64,000 nucleotides of DNA, taken from contig CABXHG010000002.1 in assembly GCA_902512035.1 (NCBI GenBank), positions 7,152 to 71,151 of the forward strand. The letters run 5' to 3'. Made by a program: the position numbers and the translations under genes. Shown in pieces: positions 41,183 through 52,761 of this stretch. Position 1 is the stretch's first letter, and every line of letters starts with the position of its first letter. The notes under the pieces are model-generated. The model was not told where the DNA came from. It worked only from the letters and a program-made list of their open reading frames with translations, and made no database searches. Source of the DNA: an uncultured Gammaproteobacteria bacterium. GTDB taxonomy: Bacteria; Pseudomonadota; Gammaproteobacteria; PS1; Pseudothioglobaceae.

Positions 41183-42462
41183 AGAGATGAAAAAACAGCA
41201 GATGCTGCTTCAATTGTTGTATTAATATCATCATCTGTATGCGCTGTTGATAAAAAACCCGCCTCATATGCTGAAGGTGCCAAATATATTCCTTTTTTAA
41301 GCATGGCATTAAAGAATTTTTTAAATAACTCAATATTACAGCCAGATGCCTGTGAGAAATTAGTAACTCTATCTTCAGAACTAAAAAATAAACCGAACAT
41401 GCCGCCGACATAATTACTTGTCATTGGAATATCATGAGATTTAGCTTCAGCAACTACACCATCAACCAGCTGCGATGCTCGACGACCAAGATCTTGATAA
41501 AAAGATTTATCAGCTTCTAAAGCGCTTAACATAGCTATTCCAGAAGCCATTGAAAGTGGATTACCAGAAAGAGTACCAGCCTGATAAACCGACCCAAGTG
41601 GAGCTATATGGTTCATAATTTCTCTCTTACCGCCAAACGCCGCGACGGGAAGCCCGCCACCAATAATTTTTCCTAGAGCAGTAAGATCAGGTACAACGTC
41701 ATAGATCTGCTGCGCCCCTCCTAAAGCAACTCTAAAACCTGTCATCACCTCATCAAAAATCAGAACTGTGCCGTATTTATCACAAATCTTTCTTAGACCC
41801 TGTAAAAAGCCATTTTTGGGTGGTATACAATTCATGTTGCCTGCAACTGGTTCAACAATGATGCATCCAATCTCTTCACCCACCTTAGAAAATAAATCCT
41901 CAACAAGCTCCAAATTATTGTACTCAAGAGTCAAGGTATGCTTGGCGAGGTCGGCTGGAACTCCTGGCGAAGTTGGAACACCCAAAGTCAGCGCTCCAGA
42001 ACCAGCCTTAACCAGTAAAGAGTCTGAATGGCCATGATAGCAACCTTCAAATTTCAAAATTTTGTCACGATTTGTATACCCCCTTGCTAGCCTTATTGCA
42101 CTCATCGTTGCCTCTGTACCAGAGCTAACCATGCGAACAAGCTCTATTGATGGCATTATCTGACAAACTTTTTTTGCCAGAGATGTTTCTATCTCAGTTG
42201 GCGCTCCAAAACCTAAACCTTTATCTAAAACAGCCTTCACTGCATCAATGATGATAGGGTTAGAATGGCCCAAAATCATTGGCCCCCAAGAGCCTACATA
42301 ATCGATATAAGAATTTCCATCGACGTCAAAAAGATAAGCGCCTTCTCCTCTCTCAAAAAAAACAGGATCTCCACCCACACCATTAAAAGCTCTAACAGGA
42401 GAATTGACACCTCCAGGAATATACTCTTTGGCCTCTTTAAATAAAATTGAAGACTGTTTCAT
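41179..42462 (-). CDS. hemL: Glutamate-1-semialdehyde 2,1-aminomutase
   Basis: [33 protein letters not shown]. Confidence 0.98.
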   Translation of the reverse strand: MKQSSILFKEAKEYIPGGVNSPVRAFNGVGGDPVFFERGEGAYLFDVDGNSYIDYVGSWGPMILGHSNPIIIDAVKAVLDKGLGFGAPTEIETSLAKKVCQIMPSIELVRMVSSGTEATMSAIRLARGYTNRDKILKFEGCYHGHSDSLLVKAGSGALTLGVPTSPGVPADLAKHTLTLEYNNLELVEDLFSKVGEEIGCIIVEPVAGNMNCIPPKNGFLQGLRKICDKYGTVLIFDEVMTGFRVALGGAQQIYDVVPDLTALGKIIGGGLPVAAFGGKREIMNHIAPLGSVYQAGTLSGNPLSMASGIAMLSALEADKSFYQDLGRRASQLVDGVVAEAKSHDIPMTSNYVGGMFGLFFSSEDRVTNFSQASGCNIELFKKFFNAMLKKGIYLAPSAYEAGFLSTAHTDDDINTTIEAASAVFSSL

Positions 42463-42470
42463 TAATACTC

Positions 42471-43502
42471 CTAAAAATTCGTTATCGCTGGGTACTTATT
42501 TAAATTAGTAATATGTGACCATACTACTAATACATTATCCAATAATAATTTCATATTAACAGTTGTTTGTGAAAGTGAAATTGCTCGATTGGTGTCATCT
42601 AGAAGCTTAAATAAATGATTAAAGGAGGCTTTTTCAATAACCTTATTCAGCTCAAGATTTGCCACATCATGATTTAATATTTTAATTTTTATGCCCTCAC
42701 TGATAAGGTACTGTAAACATTTCAATACATCCAGTTCGTTATCAGAAAAAATCTCAGTCTCTGAAATTTTGGTTGGAGTCACTGCAATCTCCAGAAGTAA
42801 ATTTTGCCAACCCTGGTATCTAAAAAAATGATCTCCTTGCAAATCTTCTAGTGCTTTATGCGGAACACCGTGAGCACTTTCTAGTAGCTGCATAACATCA
42901 AAATCCTGCCTTGTATTTTCATCAATTTGGCTTCCAAGCCACTGAGCAGCTTCTTGGTCATAGGTTGGGTTAATATGAATCGTTTGACATCTGGACAAAA
43001 TAGTCATTGGCAACCTATCAATGTTATGAGCCAGTAAAATAATAAGGGTATTTTTTCTCGGCTCTTCCAAGGTTTTTAGAAGACTATTAGCTGCATTGTT
43101 ATTCATTTGATCGGCATAAAAAATGACTCCGATCTGAAGAGTGTTAGCTGTTTTTCCCAATGATTCACAGAATGCTCGGATTTGATCGACTCTTATATCC
43201 TTAGACATTGAACCAGAGTCATTTAATTCAGTTCTGCAATAGATTAAATTAGGATAATGAGAGCGCCGTATTAATGCGCCATAATCGAGCTCAATCTTGG
43301 GGTCATCATTATTTAAAGCTTTGCAAATTTCACACTCTCCGCAAGAAGAGTTATTACAAAGAAGCCTTTGAATGAAATTTTGAGTGAAATCAAATTTACC
43401 TATTTTTTCAACCCCGGTAATGAGCAATGCATGAGGCAAATGATTTTGTTCAATCATCTTATCCAGCTTTTCACTAGCTTTTTGATGCCAAGGTAATATC
43501 AT
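42471..43502 (-). CDS. holB: DNA polymerase III delta' subunit
   Basis: [30 protein letters not shown]; follows tmk. Confidence 0.9.
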   Translation of the reverse strand: MILPWHQKASEKLDKMIEQNHLPHALLITGVEKIGKFDFTQNFIQRLLCNNSSCGECEICKALNNDDPKIELDYGALIRRSHYPNLIYCRTELNDSGSMSKDIRVDQIRAFCESLGKTANTLQIGVIFYADQMNNNAANSLLKTLEEPRKNTLIILLAHNIDRLPMTILSRCQTIHINPTYDQEAAQWLGSQIDENTRQDFDVMQLLESAHGVPHKALEDLQGDHFFRYQGWQNLLLEIAVTPTKISETEIFSDNELDVLKCLQYLISEGIKIKILNHDVANLELNKVIEKASFNHLFKLLDDTNRAISLSQTTVNMKLLLDNVLVVWSHITNLNKYPAITNF

Positions 43503-44116
43503 AGTGAATCTATTAATGCTCGAATTTTAGAATGTATATCATCGACTGCTCCACTTGCATCAATCAATTTAATTCTCTCAGGGAAGGCTTCTGATCGGCG
43601 AATAAAAACAGATCTTACACGTTCAAAAAATTCTCGCTCTTCAAGTTCAATTCTATCTTTGGCTGCGCGGGCTTCAATTCTTGCCATACCTACTTCAACA
43701 CTCACATCTAGAAAAAGTGTTAAGTCAGGCTTAAAGTCACCTAAAACCCAATCCTCTAATTCAGCAATACGATCTAAGTTCAGCATTCTTCCGCCACCTT
43801 GATAGGCAAATGAAGCATCAGTGAAGCGATCACTGACAACCCAATGACCATCATTTAATGCTGGAATAATTTTATTTTGTATTAATTCATTTCTGGAGCT
43901 AAACATCAACAATAACTCTGTATCGCTGTGCATTTCTTGGTTTTCTACATCAAGTAAAACAGATCGAATTTTCTCGCCAACCTCTGTACCTCCTGGTTCA
44001 CGCGTTCTAACAACTTTAATGCCTTTTTCATACAAGTGCTTACAAATAAGATCAATTTGCGTACTTTTGCCAGCGCCTTCAACGCCATCAATTGTAATAA
44101 ACTTTCCTTTTCTCAT
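43499..44116 (-). CDS. tmk: Thymidylate kinase
   Basis: GVEGAGKST, TREPGGT, DRFTDASFAYQG. Confidence 0.97.
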   Translation of the reverse strand: MRKGKFITIDGVEGAGKSTQIDLICKHLYEKGIKVVRTREPGGTEVGEKIRSVLLDVENQEMHSDTELLLMFSSRNELIQNKIIPALNDGHWVVSDRFTDASFAYQGGGRMLNLDRIAELEDWVLGDFKPDLTLFLDVSVEVGMARIEARAAKDRIELEEREFFERVRSVFIRRSEAFPERIKLIDASGAVDDIHSKIRALIDSL

Positions 44117-44132
44117 ACCTATGAATTTTAAA

Positions 44133-45116
44133 CTAGTTACTATTTAAGTACTTCTTGATATTCTCTTTATGTTTATCATAAGTCGAGGCAAAAGCATGAC
44201 TACCATCTTTCTTTGAAACAAAGTATAAGTCATTTCCCTTTGCTGGATGAAGAGCAGCATATAGAGATTGATAGCCCACAGAAGATATAGCACCTGGAGG
44301 CAGACCTTTATTTCGATAAGTGTTATAAGGATGATCAAATTGCAAATCACTACGAGTTAATGGTGGAGAGTAATTTTCTCCCAATGCATAAATAACAGTT
44401 GGGTCAGTTTGAAGTCGCATATTTAAATTTAATCTTCCAATGAAGACACTTGATATTAATGGCTTTTCATAATCAAGTGCTGTCTCATTTTCTATCAATG
44501 ACGCTAGAATTATTGCCTGATATGGAGAGTTAAGCGGGATACTTTTGTCCCTTTCCTCCCATAACTGAGACAATTTGGACTTCATTGTTTCATGGGATTT
44601 CATTAAAACATTCTCAATGCTTTCTCCATAATTAAAAATATATGTTTCTGGATAGAACCATCCATCAAAAGGTTTATTAACTCCAATTGCATTCATGATC
44701 TGATCAAATGATGAGTTAGATGTTATTGAAGGATCTTTACTTAATTGATCAAAGTAATACTGAATCGTTTTTCCTTCAATTAATGTAATTTTTGTTTTAA
44801 GAGTATCACCTCTTGAAATTTGATCTATAAAAGTTAACACACTTGTATTCGGCTTTAACTCATAATAGCCAGACTTTAATTTTTTATTGGCATTAAGGAG
44901 CTTACTTAATGTTGTAAAAAAACTCTTTGACTTTATTATCTTTTTTTCACTTAATTCCTGAGCAACTTCGCCTATAGAGGAGCCAGCTTTAACTTGAAAA
45001 ATTTGAGATTGATTTACTAAGATATCCTTGGACGTGAATATCCAAGCGATAAGCAATAGTAATAATACTGAGGCTATAGATCTAGATAGAATTTTTCCCT
45101 TAGCTCTTATAAACAT
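44133..45116 (-). CDS. mltG: Endolytic transglycosylase MltG
   Basis: N-terminal TM, YPETY, LASLIENE, LQTDPT, PYNTY...GLPPG. Confidence 0.94.
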   Translation of the reverse strand: MFIRAKGKILSRSIASVLLLLLIAWIFTSKDILVNQSQIFQVKAGSSIGEVAQELSEKKIIKSKSFFTTLSKLLNANKKLKSGYYELKPNTSVLTFIDQISRGDTLKTKITLIEGKTIQYYFDQLSKDPSITSNSSFDQIMNAIGVNKPFDGWFYPETYIFNYGESIENVLMKSHETMKSKLSQLWEERDKSIPLNSPYQAIILASLIENETALDYEKPLISSVFIGRLNLNMRLQTDPTVIYALGENYSPPLTRSDLQFDHPYNTYRNKGLPPGAISSVGYQSLYAALHPAKGNDLYFVSKKDGSHAFASTYDKHKENIKKYLNSN

Positions 45117-45940
45117 TTCCAAGATTTGATATCCTGAGTGGCAGACTCAAATGCTCTTTTAATTTTATCTGTGATTGAGTTAATAGATAATTGACAATCC
45201 TCAATTGAGCTGACTGATTGGATGCCAATTAGACTATTTGAAATAAATACTTCATCTGCTTTTTGAGCCTGAATCATTGAAACCTCTTCCTCTTGAATAT
45301 CAAGGCCGATTGATTTGGCAAGCTCCAAAATAAGAGATCTTCTACTTCCAATCACACCACATCTATCTAATTTTGGCGTCAATAATCTCTTCCCAAAGAT
45401 GAAATAAATATTTCCTTGAGTGACTGAGATGATATTTTTATTTTCATCAAGCATAATCGCCTCATCCTCTTTCATAGTCGCTCTAGCTAAAATCTGTTCA
45501 ATTCTGTTGCAATGTTTAATGCCCGCTAAATTCGGATTTGAATGATAGCCGCTTTGAGCATACTCAAGAGAAAAAGATTGTTTAGATTGAGATTTTATTA
45601 ACTCCGAAACAATGACAACTCTGACTGGCAATATGTCATCAGGATAACTATAGCCCCTTTGGGAATTTCCTCGAGAAAGAATTAATTTAATGATGCAGTT
45701 TTTTTTTGAAGAAAAGCTCAGAGCCTTTTTAATATCTTCTAGCCAAATGGATTCTTCTATTTTTTTTATTTTTAACTTATCGCATCCAATATTTAACCGT
45801 GAGAGATGTTTATCCCAAAATAAAATTTGATTATCTTTGGCAACGCAGGTCTCAAATAACCCATCGCCATATTGCATATTGCGGTTAAAAACACTTATAT
45901 TTGACTGCTCTTCACCATTAATGATTACAATTGAATCCAT
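45107..45940 (-). CDS. pabC: Aminodeoxychorismate lyase
   Basis: YGDGLFET, LAGIKHCNRIEQ; pabC-mltG-tmk-holB synteny. Confidence 0.93.
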   Translation of the reverse strand: MDSIVIINGEEQSNISVFNRNMQYGDGLFETCVAKDNQILFWDKHLSRLNIGCDKLKIKKIEESIWLEDIKKALSFSSKKNCIIKLILSRGNSQRGYSYPDDILPVRVVIVSELIKSQSKQSFSLEYAQSGYHSNPNLAGIKHCNRIEQILARATMKEDEAIMLDENKNIISVTQGNIYFIFGKRLLTPKLDRCGVIGSRRSLILELAKSIGLDIQEEEVSMIQAQKADEVFISNSLIGIQSVSSIEDCQLSINSITDKIKRAFESATQDIKSWKCL

Positions 45941-45974
45941 ACTTAATTAGAGCATTTTTGAAATCATTTGACCC

Positions 45975-47402
45975 TTATGCTTGATCCATAATATATTGAG
46001 TTAGAAGAGGAACAGGCCTTCCAGTTGCTCCTTTTTTTGATCCTCGAAGCCATGCAGTTCCGGCAATATCAATATGAGCCCAAGAATATTTCTTTGTATA
46101 ACGAGCTAGAAAGCAGGCTGCTGTTACTGTCCCCGCCTCTCTTCCACCAATGTTTGCCATATCCGCAAAATTAGATTTGAGTAAATCATCATACTCTTCG
46201 TCAAGTGGGAGTTGCCATACAGTATCTTGAGCTGATTCACCTGAAATCTTTAGGGCATCAGCAAGACCTTGGTCATTTGACATAACGCCAGAATGGTGAT
46301 TGCCAAGTGCAATAATAACTGCTCCAGTAAGAGTTGCAATATCAATTACAACTTTAGGCTTATATTTCTCACAATAAGTTAAAGCATCACATAGAATAAG
46401 TCGGCCCTCTGCATCTGTATTAAGGATTTCAATAGTTTGTCCAGACATACTTTTAACTACGTCACCTGGCTTTGAAGCATTATGAGCAGGCATATTTTCT
46501 ACCGTAGGAACAACCACTGTTAAATTCACTTTAAGATTCATTTCAGCAATCGCACTCATCGTCCCAAGCACCGAGGCTGCACCACACATATCGTACTTCA
46601 TCTCATCCATTCCTGCGCCAGGTTTAAGAGAAATTCCACCACTATCGAAAGTGACTCCTTTACCCACTAATACTATTGGGGCTTTTTTCCCAGCATTCTT
46701 ATAACTTAAACTGATTAGCTTTGCAGGCTCTAAAGATCCTTTAGAAACAGAGAGTAATGAATTCATTCCAAGTGATTCCATATCTGATTCTTCTAAAATT
46801 TCACATTCAAGATTATGAGTTTTCGCAAGAGATTTTGCTTTTTCAGCAATATAAGTTGGAGTACAGATATTTGAAGGCAAGTCACCTAGCTCTCTTGTGA
46901 GAGCCATACCATTTGCAATAGCCACACCTTTTTGAATTTCTGATGCACCATTATTTTTTGAAAATATATTAACTGCCTCTAAAACAATACCACTCTCATC
47001 CTCCTTGATGCCAACCTTGTTTACCTTGTAACTCTCATTCTTAAGTACCCTTGCAGTTGTGGTTTGAATCCATGCTTCATCAGCACTCTCAACTTCTACA
47101 CTTGGAATTACCACATTTTTCACCTTTGATGTACTCATAGCAGATGAGAGTGATTTAAGCGCTTTAGTGAAATTTTTTTGAGTTAGAGGCGTCTCTCCTA
47201 AACCAACAACCAAAACTCTTTTTGACTTATAGCCTTCAACCTTACCAAGCAGCAAAGTATTGCCTAATTTTGGCTCAAAGCGATGCAAGTCTAAATAATT
47301 CTGAATAATTCTATTGTCATTTGATTTATCCTTTAAAGCAAATGCAACTGAGCAGTCTCCACTATAGTGGTCAACAGCTTGATGAGTAACAAAAAACTCC
47401 AT
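45975..47402 (-). CDS. pepA: Leucyl aminopeptidase
   Basis: GKGVTFDSGG, MKYDMCG, NTDAEGRL, ATLTGA; ATG 47402. Confidence 0.96.
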   Translation of the reverse strand: MEFFVTHQAVDHYSGDCSVAFALKDKSNDNRIIQNYLDLHRFEPKLGNTLLLGKVEGYKSKRVLVVGLGETPLTQKNFTKALKSLSSAMSTSKVKNVVIPSVEVESADEAWIQTTTARVLKNESYKVNKVGIKEDESGIVLEAVNIFSKNNGASEIQKGVAIANGMALTRELGDLPSNICTPTYIAEKAKSLAKTHNLECEILEESDMESLGMNSLLSVSKGSLEPAKLISLSYKNAGKKAPIVLVGKGVTFDSGGISLKPGAGMDEMKYDMCGAASVLGTMSAIAEMNLKVNLTVVVPTVENMPAHNASKPGDVVKSMSGQTIEILNTDAEGRLILCDALTYCEKYKPKVVIDIATLTGAVIIALGNHHSGVMSNDQGLADALKISGESAQDTVWQLPLDEEYDDLLKSNFADMANIGGREAGTVTAACFLARYTKKYSWAHIDIAGTAWLRGSKKGATGRPVPLLTQYIMDQA

Positions 47403-47480
47403 ATCTATTTCCAAAAATTATAATCTCGGTATTCTACCAAAAAACTGTAAAATTTACCTCTTTAATCACGAATTTCCAAT

Positions 47481-48206
47481 ATGAAAAAGTTTCTTGCCAT
47501 CACCATAATCTTTATCACTAATATTGTATTTGCAGATGTTGGCATGATTGTAAACAAACTAAAGCCATACTTTCCAGAAATTAAGGCTGAGAATATTAGT
47601 ACTTCAGTGTTAGATGGTTACTATGAGGTAGTTCTAACTAATCCATGGATAGATGTGATGTATATATCAATGGATGGCAAGTATGTCATTCAAGGCGCTG
47701 TAACCGACTTAGAATTAATGACTAATATTTCTACAAATCGGATTAATTCAATCAAACGAGAAATTCTAGAAAGTATTAGTGATAACGATAAAATAATTTT
47801 CAAGGCTGAAAATGAGCAATATGTTGTCCATATCTTTACTGATGTTGATTGCCCTTATTGCGCCAAGCTTCATGCGGATATGCAAGAATTGAATGCTCTC
47901 GGTATTACTGTTAAATACTTAGCCTCACCTTTAGAGCAGCTTCATCCTAATGCCCAAAGTGCTATGGAAAAAATATGGTGTGCTGAAGATAGAGCACTCG
48001 CTATTCACAACTACAAAACTAGTAGAGGCAGAGATTTGCCAGACAGTCCTGAATGCGTTAATCCGGTTGCAGAACAACTCGCAATTTCAAAGCAATTAGG
48101 TGTCAATGGTACCCCTTCAATATTTTTTGAAAACGGTACAAATTTACCTGGCTACCTTCCTCCGAATGATGTTTTAAATAGAATCTTAGAAACAATTGCC
48201 CAATAA
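47481..48206 (+). CDS. dsbC: Periplasmic disulfide isomerase DsbC
   Basis: Signal peptide, FTDVDCPYC, GVNGTP. Confidence 0.92.
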   Translation: MKKFLAITIIFITNIVFADVGMIVNKLKPYFPEIKAENISTSVLDGYYEVVLTNPWIDVMYISMDGKYVIQGAVTDLELMTNISTNRINSIKREILESISDNDKIIFKAENEQYVVHIFTDVDCPYCAKLHADMQELNALGITVKYLASPLEQLHPNAQSAMEKIWCAEDRALAIHNYKTSRGRDLPDSPECVNPVAEQLAISKQLGVNGTPSIFFENGTNLPGYLPPNDVLNRILETIAQ

Positions 48207-49473
48207 TAGCGCCAGACTAATTGCACACAATGCTATTTGTTCAATAGTTTTAGAGAAACAATCTTTATCTGAATCACTTTTTCCAAATGATGAAGCTGAG
48301 ATATCGTTTGCAAAATCTTTGGTATTTGGATCAATTCGGTTCTATCATCACCTTAACGACATAATAACTCCTCGGCTAAAAAAACCTCTAGATAAGAAAA
48401 ATCTTGATCTCCATTGCTTATTAGTGCTCGGCGCATACCAAATTATCTATACAGATGTTTCCAGGCATGCAGCAATTAATGAAACAGTTGAAGTAGCGAA
48501 GTTTATTGAAAAGCCATGGGCAAAAGGTTTCATTAATGCCATTTTGAGGAGTATTGATCGTGATCAAAAAAAGATTAATGAGTCCGCTCATTATTCTCAC
48601 CCAAGCTGGCTAGTAAAAAATATAAAAAGAGACTATCCTGAGAGTTATGAAAATATCTTCATAGAAAATAATAGAAAGGCCCCAATGTCGATTCGAATTC
48701 ATCCATCAATCAATAGAGAAGAGTTCCAAAAGAAACTTCAAAAACAAAATATTTCAAGCCAAGCATCTGATATTGCTCCTCAGGCACTCATTATTTCTGA
48801 TGCAGTTAATGTTCTAGAATTACCAGACTTTGAAAATGGCTCATGCTATGTTCAAGATATTTCAGCACAGTTAGCAGCGCAATTAATTTCTCCTGAAAAA
48901 GGGGACTATATCCTTGATGCCTGCAGTGCACCCGGAGGAAAAACAACTCACCTTTCAGAACTTTGTCCAGAGGCAGATGTTATTGCGCTTGATAGTGATG
49001 AGGTACGAATCAAAAAGGTTTACGAAAATATTAACCGACTTAAAATAAAAAATGTCACAGTTTTGGAGGGAGATGCTACCAGTAAGGATTGGTGGGATAA
49101 AAAGCTGTTTGATAAAATTTTAATTGATGCCCCTTGTACTGGCACTGGAGTGATTAGAAGACATCCAGATATCAAACTTTTGAGAAAGTTAAAAGATATT
49201 AGTCAAGTCACTAAAACTCAAACTAAAATTCTCGAAAACCTGTGGAGTTTGCTTAAGCCAGGAGGTTTAATGGTATATGCCACTTGTTCGATTCTAAAAG
49301 ATGAAAATGAAAACCAAATCATTGAATTTCTAAGTAGATTCAAAGATGCAAGAAATGAAGAAATTGAGATTACTTGGGGAGAAGGAACTATTGGAAAACA
49401 GCAGCTTCCTGAGCATAGCTATGATGGTTTTTATTATGCGAAACTCTCAAAAAACAATAAAAAAATAGTTTGA
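48196..49473 (+). CDS. rsmB: 16S rRNA m5C967 methyltransferase
   Basis: NusB-like N-terminus, DACSAPGGKT, DAPCTGTG, YATCS; TTG start. Confidence 0.95.
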   Translation: MPNNSARLIAHNAICSIVLEKQSLSESLFPNDEAEISFAKSLVFGSIRFYHHLNDIITPRLKKPLDKKNLDLHCLLVLGAYQIIYTDVSRHAAINETVEVAKFIEKPWAKGFINAILRSIDRDQKKINESAHYSHPSWLVKNIKRDYPESYENIFIENNRKAPMSIRIHPSINREEFQKKLQKQNISSQASDIAPQALIISDAVNVLELPDFENGSCYVQDISAQLAAQLISPEKGDYILDACSAPGGKTTHLSELCPEADVIALDSDEVRIKKVYENINRLKIKNVTVLEGDATSKDWWDKKLFDKILIDAPCTGTGVIRRHPDIKLLRKLKDISQVTKTQTKILENLWSLLKPGGLMVYATCSILKDENENQIIEFLSRFKDARNEEIEITWGEGTIGKQQLPEHSYDGFYYAKLSKNNKKIV

Positions 49474-49546
49474 ATTTAAAATTATTTTTTTTGAACCATA
49501 TTATTCAATTGGAAAATTATTAATAAATTAGTATATGGATACATAA

Positions 49547-49555
49547 TGTTAAAAT
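49547..49555 (+). promoter_or_regulatory. Extended -10 promoter upstream of the molybdoenzyme-ehu operon
   Basis: TGTTAAAAT 36 bp before ATG 49591. Confidence 0.4.
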
Positions 49556-49590
49556 CAAAATAATTTAAGAATGAAACTTGGTTATATCTA

Positions 49591-51900
49591 ATGTCAAATT
49601 ATGTAAGTACGCACTGGGGAACTTATAAATTTTCAGTAGATGAAAATAAAAAAATAAAATTAGATAATTGGGAACTGGATTCCTCGCCAACAGATTTTGG
49701 ATTAGGCTTAGCTGATGCTGCTAATGATGAACTGAGAATAAAACAGCCTTATGTTAGAAAAGGATGGTTAGATAATAAATGTAAAAGTGATGGCAAGAGA
49801 GGTCGAGATAATTTTATTCCTGTAAGCTGGGATGAGGCCTTTGAACTTGCATCTAAAGAATTATCAGTGACCAAACAGGTCTATGGTAATTCAGCTATAT
49901 ATGCTGGATCTTATGGATGGGCAAGTGCTGGAAGATTTCATCATGCTAAAAGCCAAGTTAATCGCTTCTTTAATCTATTTGGAGGCTTTAGTTCATCATT
50001 TCAAAGCTATTCTTATGCTGCAGCTCAAACTCTCTTACCGCACATAATAGGTTTAGATTTATATTCGACACTAGAGAATCATACTACTTGGAATGCTTTA
50101 TCTGAGAAGTGCGAGTTAGTATTAATGTTTGGAGGAATGCCATTAAAAAATTCTAAAGTTTCAGCTGGCGGTGTTGGAAAACACTCTACAAAGTTAGGCA
50201 TGAAGAAATGTCTTGATAATGGAGTAGAGTTTATTAATATTAGCCCACTTATCGATGATGCTCCAAAATTTTTAAAGGCAGGTCAAGTCCCTATTCGACC
50301 AAACACTGATACAGCCTTAATGTTGGCTTTTGCTAATATTTTGATTAAAGATGATGCTTATGATAAGCGCTTTATAAAAAAATATACTGTTGGATTCGAG
50401 AGTTTTGCTGATTATGTATTAGGCAAAAAAAATAATCAAGAATGTACTACTGAATGGGCATCTCAAATTACTAAGATTCCAGTTAATTTAATAAATGAGT
50501 TAGCAGACAAAATAAAAACAAAAAAAACCATGATTTCCTTATCATGGAGCCTGCAACGAGCATCAAGAGGGGAGCAGCCTTTATGGACGGGCATTACCCT
50601 TGCAGCTATGCTAGGACATATTGGAACAGCTAATGGTGGCTTCGGATTTGGATATTCTAGCGTCAATAGTACTGGTGACTCATTTGATAAAATACCTTGG
50701 CAAAGCTTACCTCAAGGGATAAATCAAATAAAAGATTTTATTCCTGTTGCGCGAGTAACAGACATGCTGGAAAACCCAGGAAAAGAATTTATTTATGATG
50801 GTCAAAAATTAATTTATCCTGATATTAAATTAATTTATTGGGCTGGGGGGAATCCATTCCATCACCATCAAGATTTGAACCGACTAGTAAAGGCATGGCA
50901 AAAACCAAATACAATAATAGTTAATGAAATTTGGTGGAACCCACAGGCTCGTCATGCTGATATTATTTTCCCAGCTAATACGGCTTTAGAGAGAAATGAT
51001 TTAATGTTAAATCCAAGAGACCCTACAATTGTGGCCAATAAACGCGCCATGGAAAGCTTTGAAAATTCAAAAACTGACTTTGAAATATTTTCTGGTTTAG
51101 CCAAAAAACTTGGTTTTTTAGAGTCATTTACTGACAATAAAAGTGAAATGGATTGGATTAAATTTATTTGGGATATGAGCTCTAAGGCATATCAGAAAAA
51201 ATATCAGACTAAAGATATAAGTTTGCCTAGTTTTGAAGAGTTTTGGAAAAAGGGTTATTTTGAAGTTCCGGCTCCAAAGGTTGAAAAGGTTATGTTTGAT
51301 GAATTTAGAAAAGATCCGGCTAATTTTCCTTTAAAAACGCCATCAGGAAAAATAGAAATATCCTCTGAAACTATTGCCAATTTTCAACTATCTGATTGTC
51401 ATTCTCACCCTTATTGGTTTGAGCCATATGAGTGGCTAGGAAATGTTGATAAATACCCTTTGCATTTAATTTCAAATCAACCATCACATAGGTTACACGG
51501 TCAACTTGATAATGCAGAAATGAGCCAAAATAGCAAAATTAATGGGAAAGAGCCTGTAACGATTAACTCTATAGATGCCTTAGATAGAGATATTAAAAAT
51601 GGTGATATTGTTATGTTATATAATGCACGAGGAAGAGTTTTAGCTGGTGCAAGTATTTCTGATAATGTGATGCCAGGCGTTATTGTTTTATCAACTGGAG
51701 CTTGGTTTGATCCAGACTATGATTTAAACATAGAGAAACATGGAAATCCCAATGTACTGACTAAAGATATTGGAACGTCGTCTCTAGGCCAAGGCCCAAC
51801 TTGCCATACGACTTTAGTAGAGTTGAAAAAAGTGAATGAAGAAGATAATTTGGACGTCAGTATATTCAAAAATCCAAAAATTATTAACAAAGGAATCTGA
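49591..51900 (+). CDS. Cytoplasmic bis-MGD molybdoenzyme, BisC/DMSO reductase type (S-/N-oxide reductase)
   Basis: Begins directly at THWG with no Tat leader and no Fe-S motif; YAGSYGWASAGRFH, SYSYAAAQ (Ser ligand), GNPFHHHQD, RLHGQLD, HGNPNVLT. Confidence 0.88.
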   Translation: MSNYVSTHWGTYKFSVDENKKIKLDNWELDSSPTDFGLGLADAANDELRIKQPYVRKGWLDNKCKSDGKRGRDNFIPVSWDEAFELASKELSVTKQVYGNSAIYAGSYGWASAGRFHHAKSQVNRFFNLFGGFSSSFQSYSYAAAQTLLPHIIGLDLYSTLENHTTWNALSEKCELVLMFGGMPLKNSKVSAGGVGKHSTKLGMKKCLDNGVEFINISPLIDDAPKFLKAGQVPIRPNTDTALMLAFANILIKDDAYDKRFIKKYTVGFESFADYVLGKKNNQECTTEWASQITKIPVNLINELADKIKTKKTMISLSWSLQRASRGEQPLWTGITLAAMLGHIGTANGGFGFGYSSVNSTGDSFDKIPWQSLPQGINQIKDFIPVARVTDMLENPGKEFIYDGQKLIYPDIKLIYWAGGNPFHHHQDLNRLVKAWQKPNTIIVNEIWWNPQARHADIIFPANTALERNDLMLNPRDPTIVANKRAMESFENSKTDFEIFSGLAKKLGFLESFTDNKSEMDWIKFIWDMSSKAYQKKYQTKDISLPSFEEFWKKGYFEVPAPKVEKVMFDEFRKDPANFPLKTPSGKIEISSETIANFQLSDCHSHPYWFEPYEWLGNVDKYPLHLISNQPSHRLHGQLDNAEMSQNSKINGKEPVTINSIDALDRDIKNGDIVMLYNARGRVLAGASISDNVMPGVIVLSTGAWFDPDYDLNIEKHGNPNVLTKDIGTSSLGQGPTCHTTLVELKKVNEEDNLDVSIFKNPKIINKGI

Positions 51901-51931
51901 GCAAAATATTACTTAACTACAAATTAATTCA

Positions 51932-52708
51932 ATGGAAAATATTATAGAGTTTGAAAATGTATCGAAATCTTTTGGTGACTTACAAGTTTTAAAGAATCTA
52001 AACTTGGAAGTGAAAGATGGTGAAAAATTAGCCTTGATTGGACCCAGTGGATCTGGAAAGACTACAATTTTAAGAATTTTGATGACATTAGAGACAATAG
52101 ATGATGGTTTTGTTTCAGTCAATGATGAATATTTATGGCATGAAAAAAATGATGGAAAAATTGTCCCAGCTTCTCAAAATCATCTACACAAAATGCGCGA
52201 CCATATCGGGATGGTCTTCCAACAATTTAATTTATTTCCGCATTTAACTGCTATTGAAAATGTTAAGCAGCCACAGATTTTAATTAAGAAAAAAACGGAT
52301 GCTGATGCCAAGGAAAAAGCGGAGGAATTATTTAATTTAGTTGGATTAAATGATAAAAAAGATCATTACCCACATCAATTATCTGGCGGTCAACAACAGC
52401 GAGTGGCAATTGCTAGAGCGCTAGCCATGGATCCGAAAATTATGTTATTTGATGAAGTAACATCTGCCCTAGATCCAGAGCTAGTTGATGAAGTTTTAAC
52501 TGTACTTCGTAAACTAGCATCTGATTCTGATACAACCATGTTAACTGTTACTCATGAAATGAACTTTGCTCGGGAATTTGCTGACAGAGTATTATTTTTT
52601 GATGGAGGACAGATTGTAGAATCTGGAAAGCCTGAAAGTATTTTTTCAAACCCTAAAGAACAAAGGACCAAAGAGTTTTTGAAAAAATTTATTAATAATG
52701 TTAACTAA
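51932..52708 (+). CDS. ehuA: Ectoine/hydroxyectoine-type ABC transporter ATPase
   Basis: GPSGSGKTTILRILMTLE, LSGGQQQR, FDEVTSALDPEL. Confidence 0.88.
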   Translation: MENIIEFENVSKSFGDLQVLKNLNLEVKDGEKLALIGPSGSGKTTILRILMTLETIDDGFVSVNDEYLWHEKNDGKIVPASQNHLHKMRDHIGMVFQQFNLFPHLTAIENVKQPQILIKKKTDADAKEKAEELFNLVGLNDKKDHYPHQLSGGQQQRVAIARALAMDPKIMLFDEVTSALDPELVDEVLTVLRKLASDSDTTMLTVTHEMNFAREFADRVLFFDGGQIVESGKPESIFSNPKEQRTKEFLKKFINNVN

Positions 52709-52761
52709 TTGGACAAGAAGTGATACACTTTATTTCCAAATAACAATAAATGGAGAACTAA

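Noticed and set aside
49591-51900. Calling the molybdoenzyme a respiratory TorA or DmsA
   Set aside because: No Tat signal, no Fe-S motif, and no torC, torD or dmsBC neighbours
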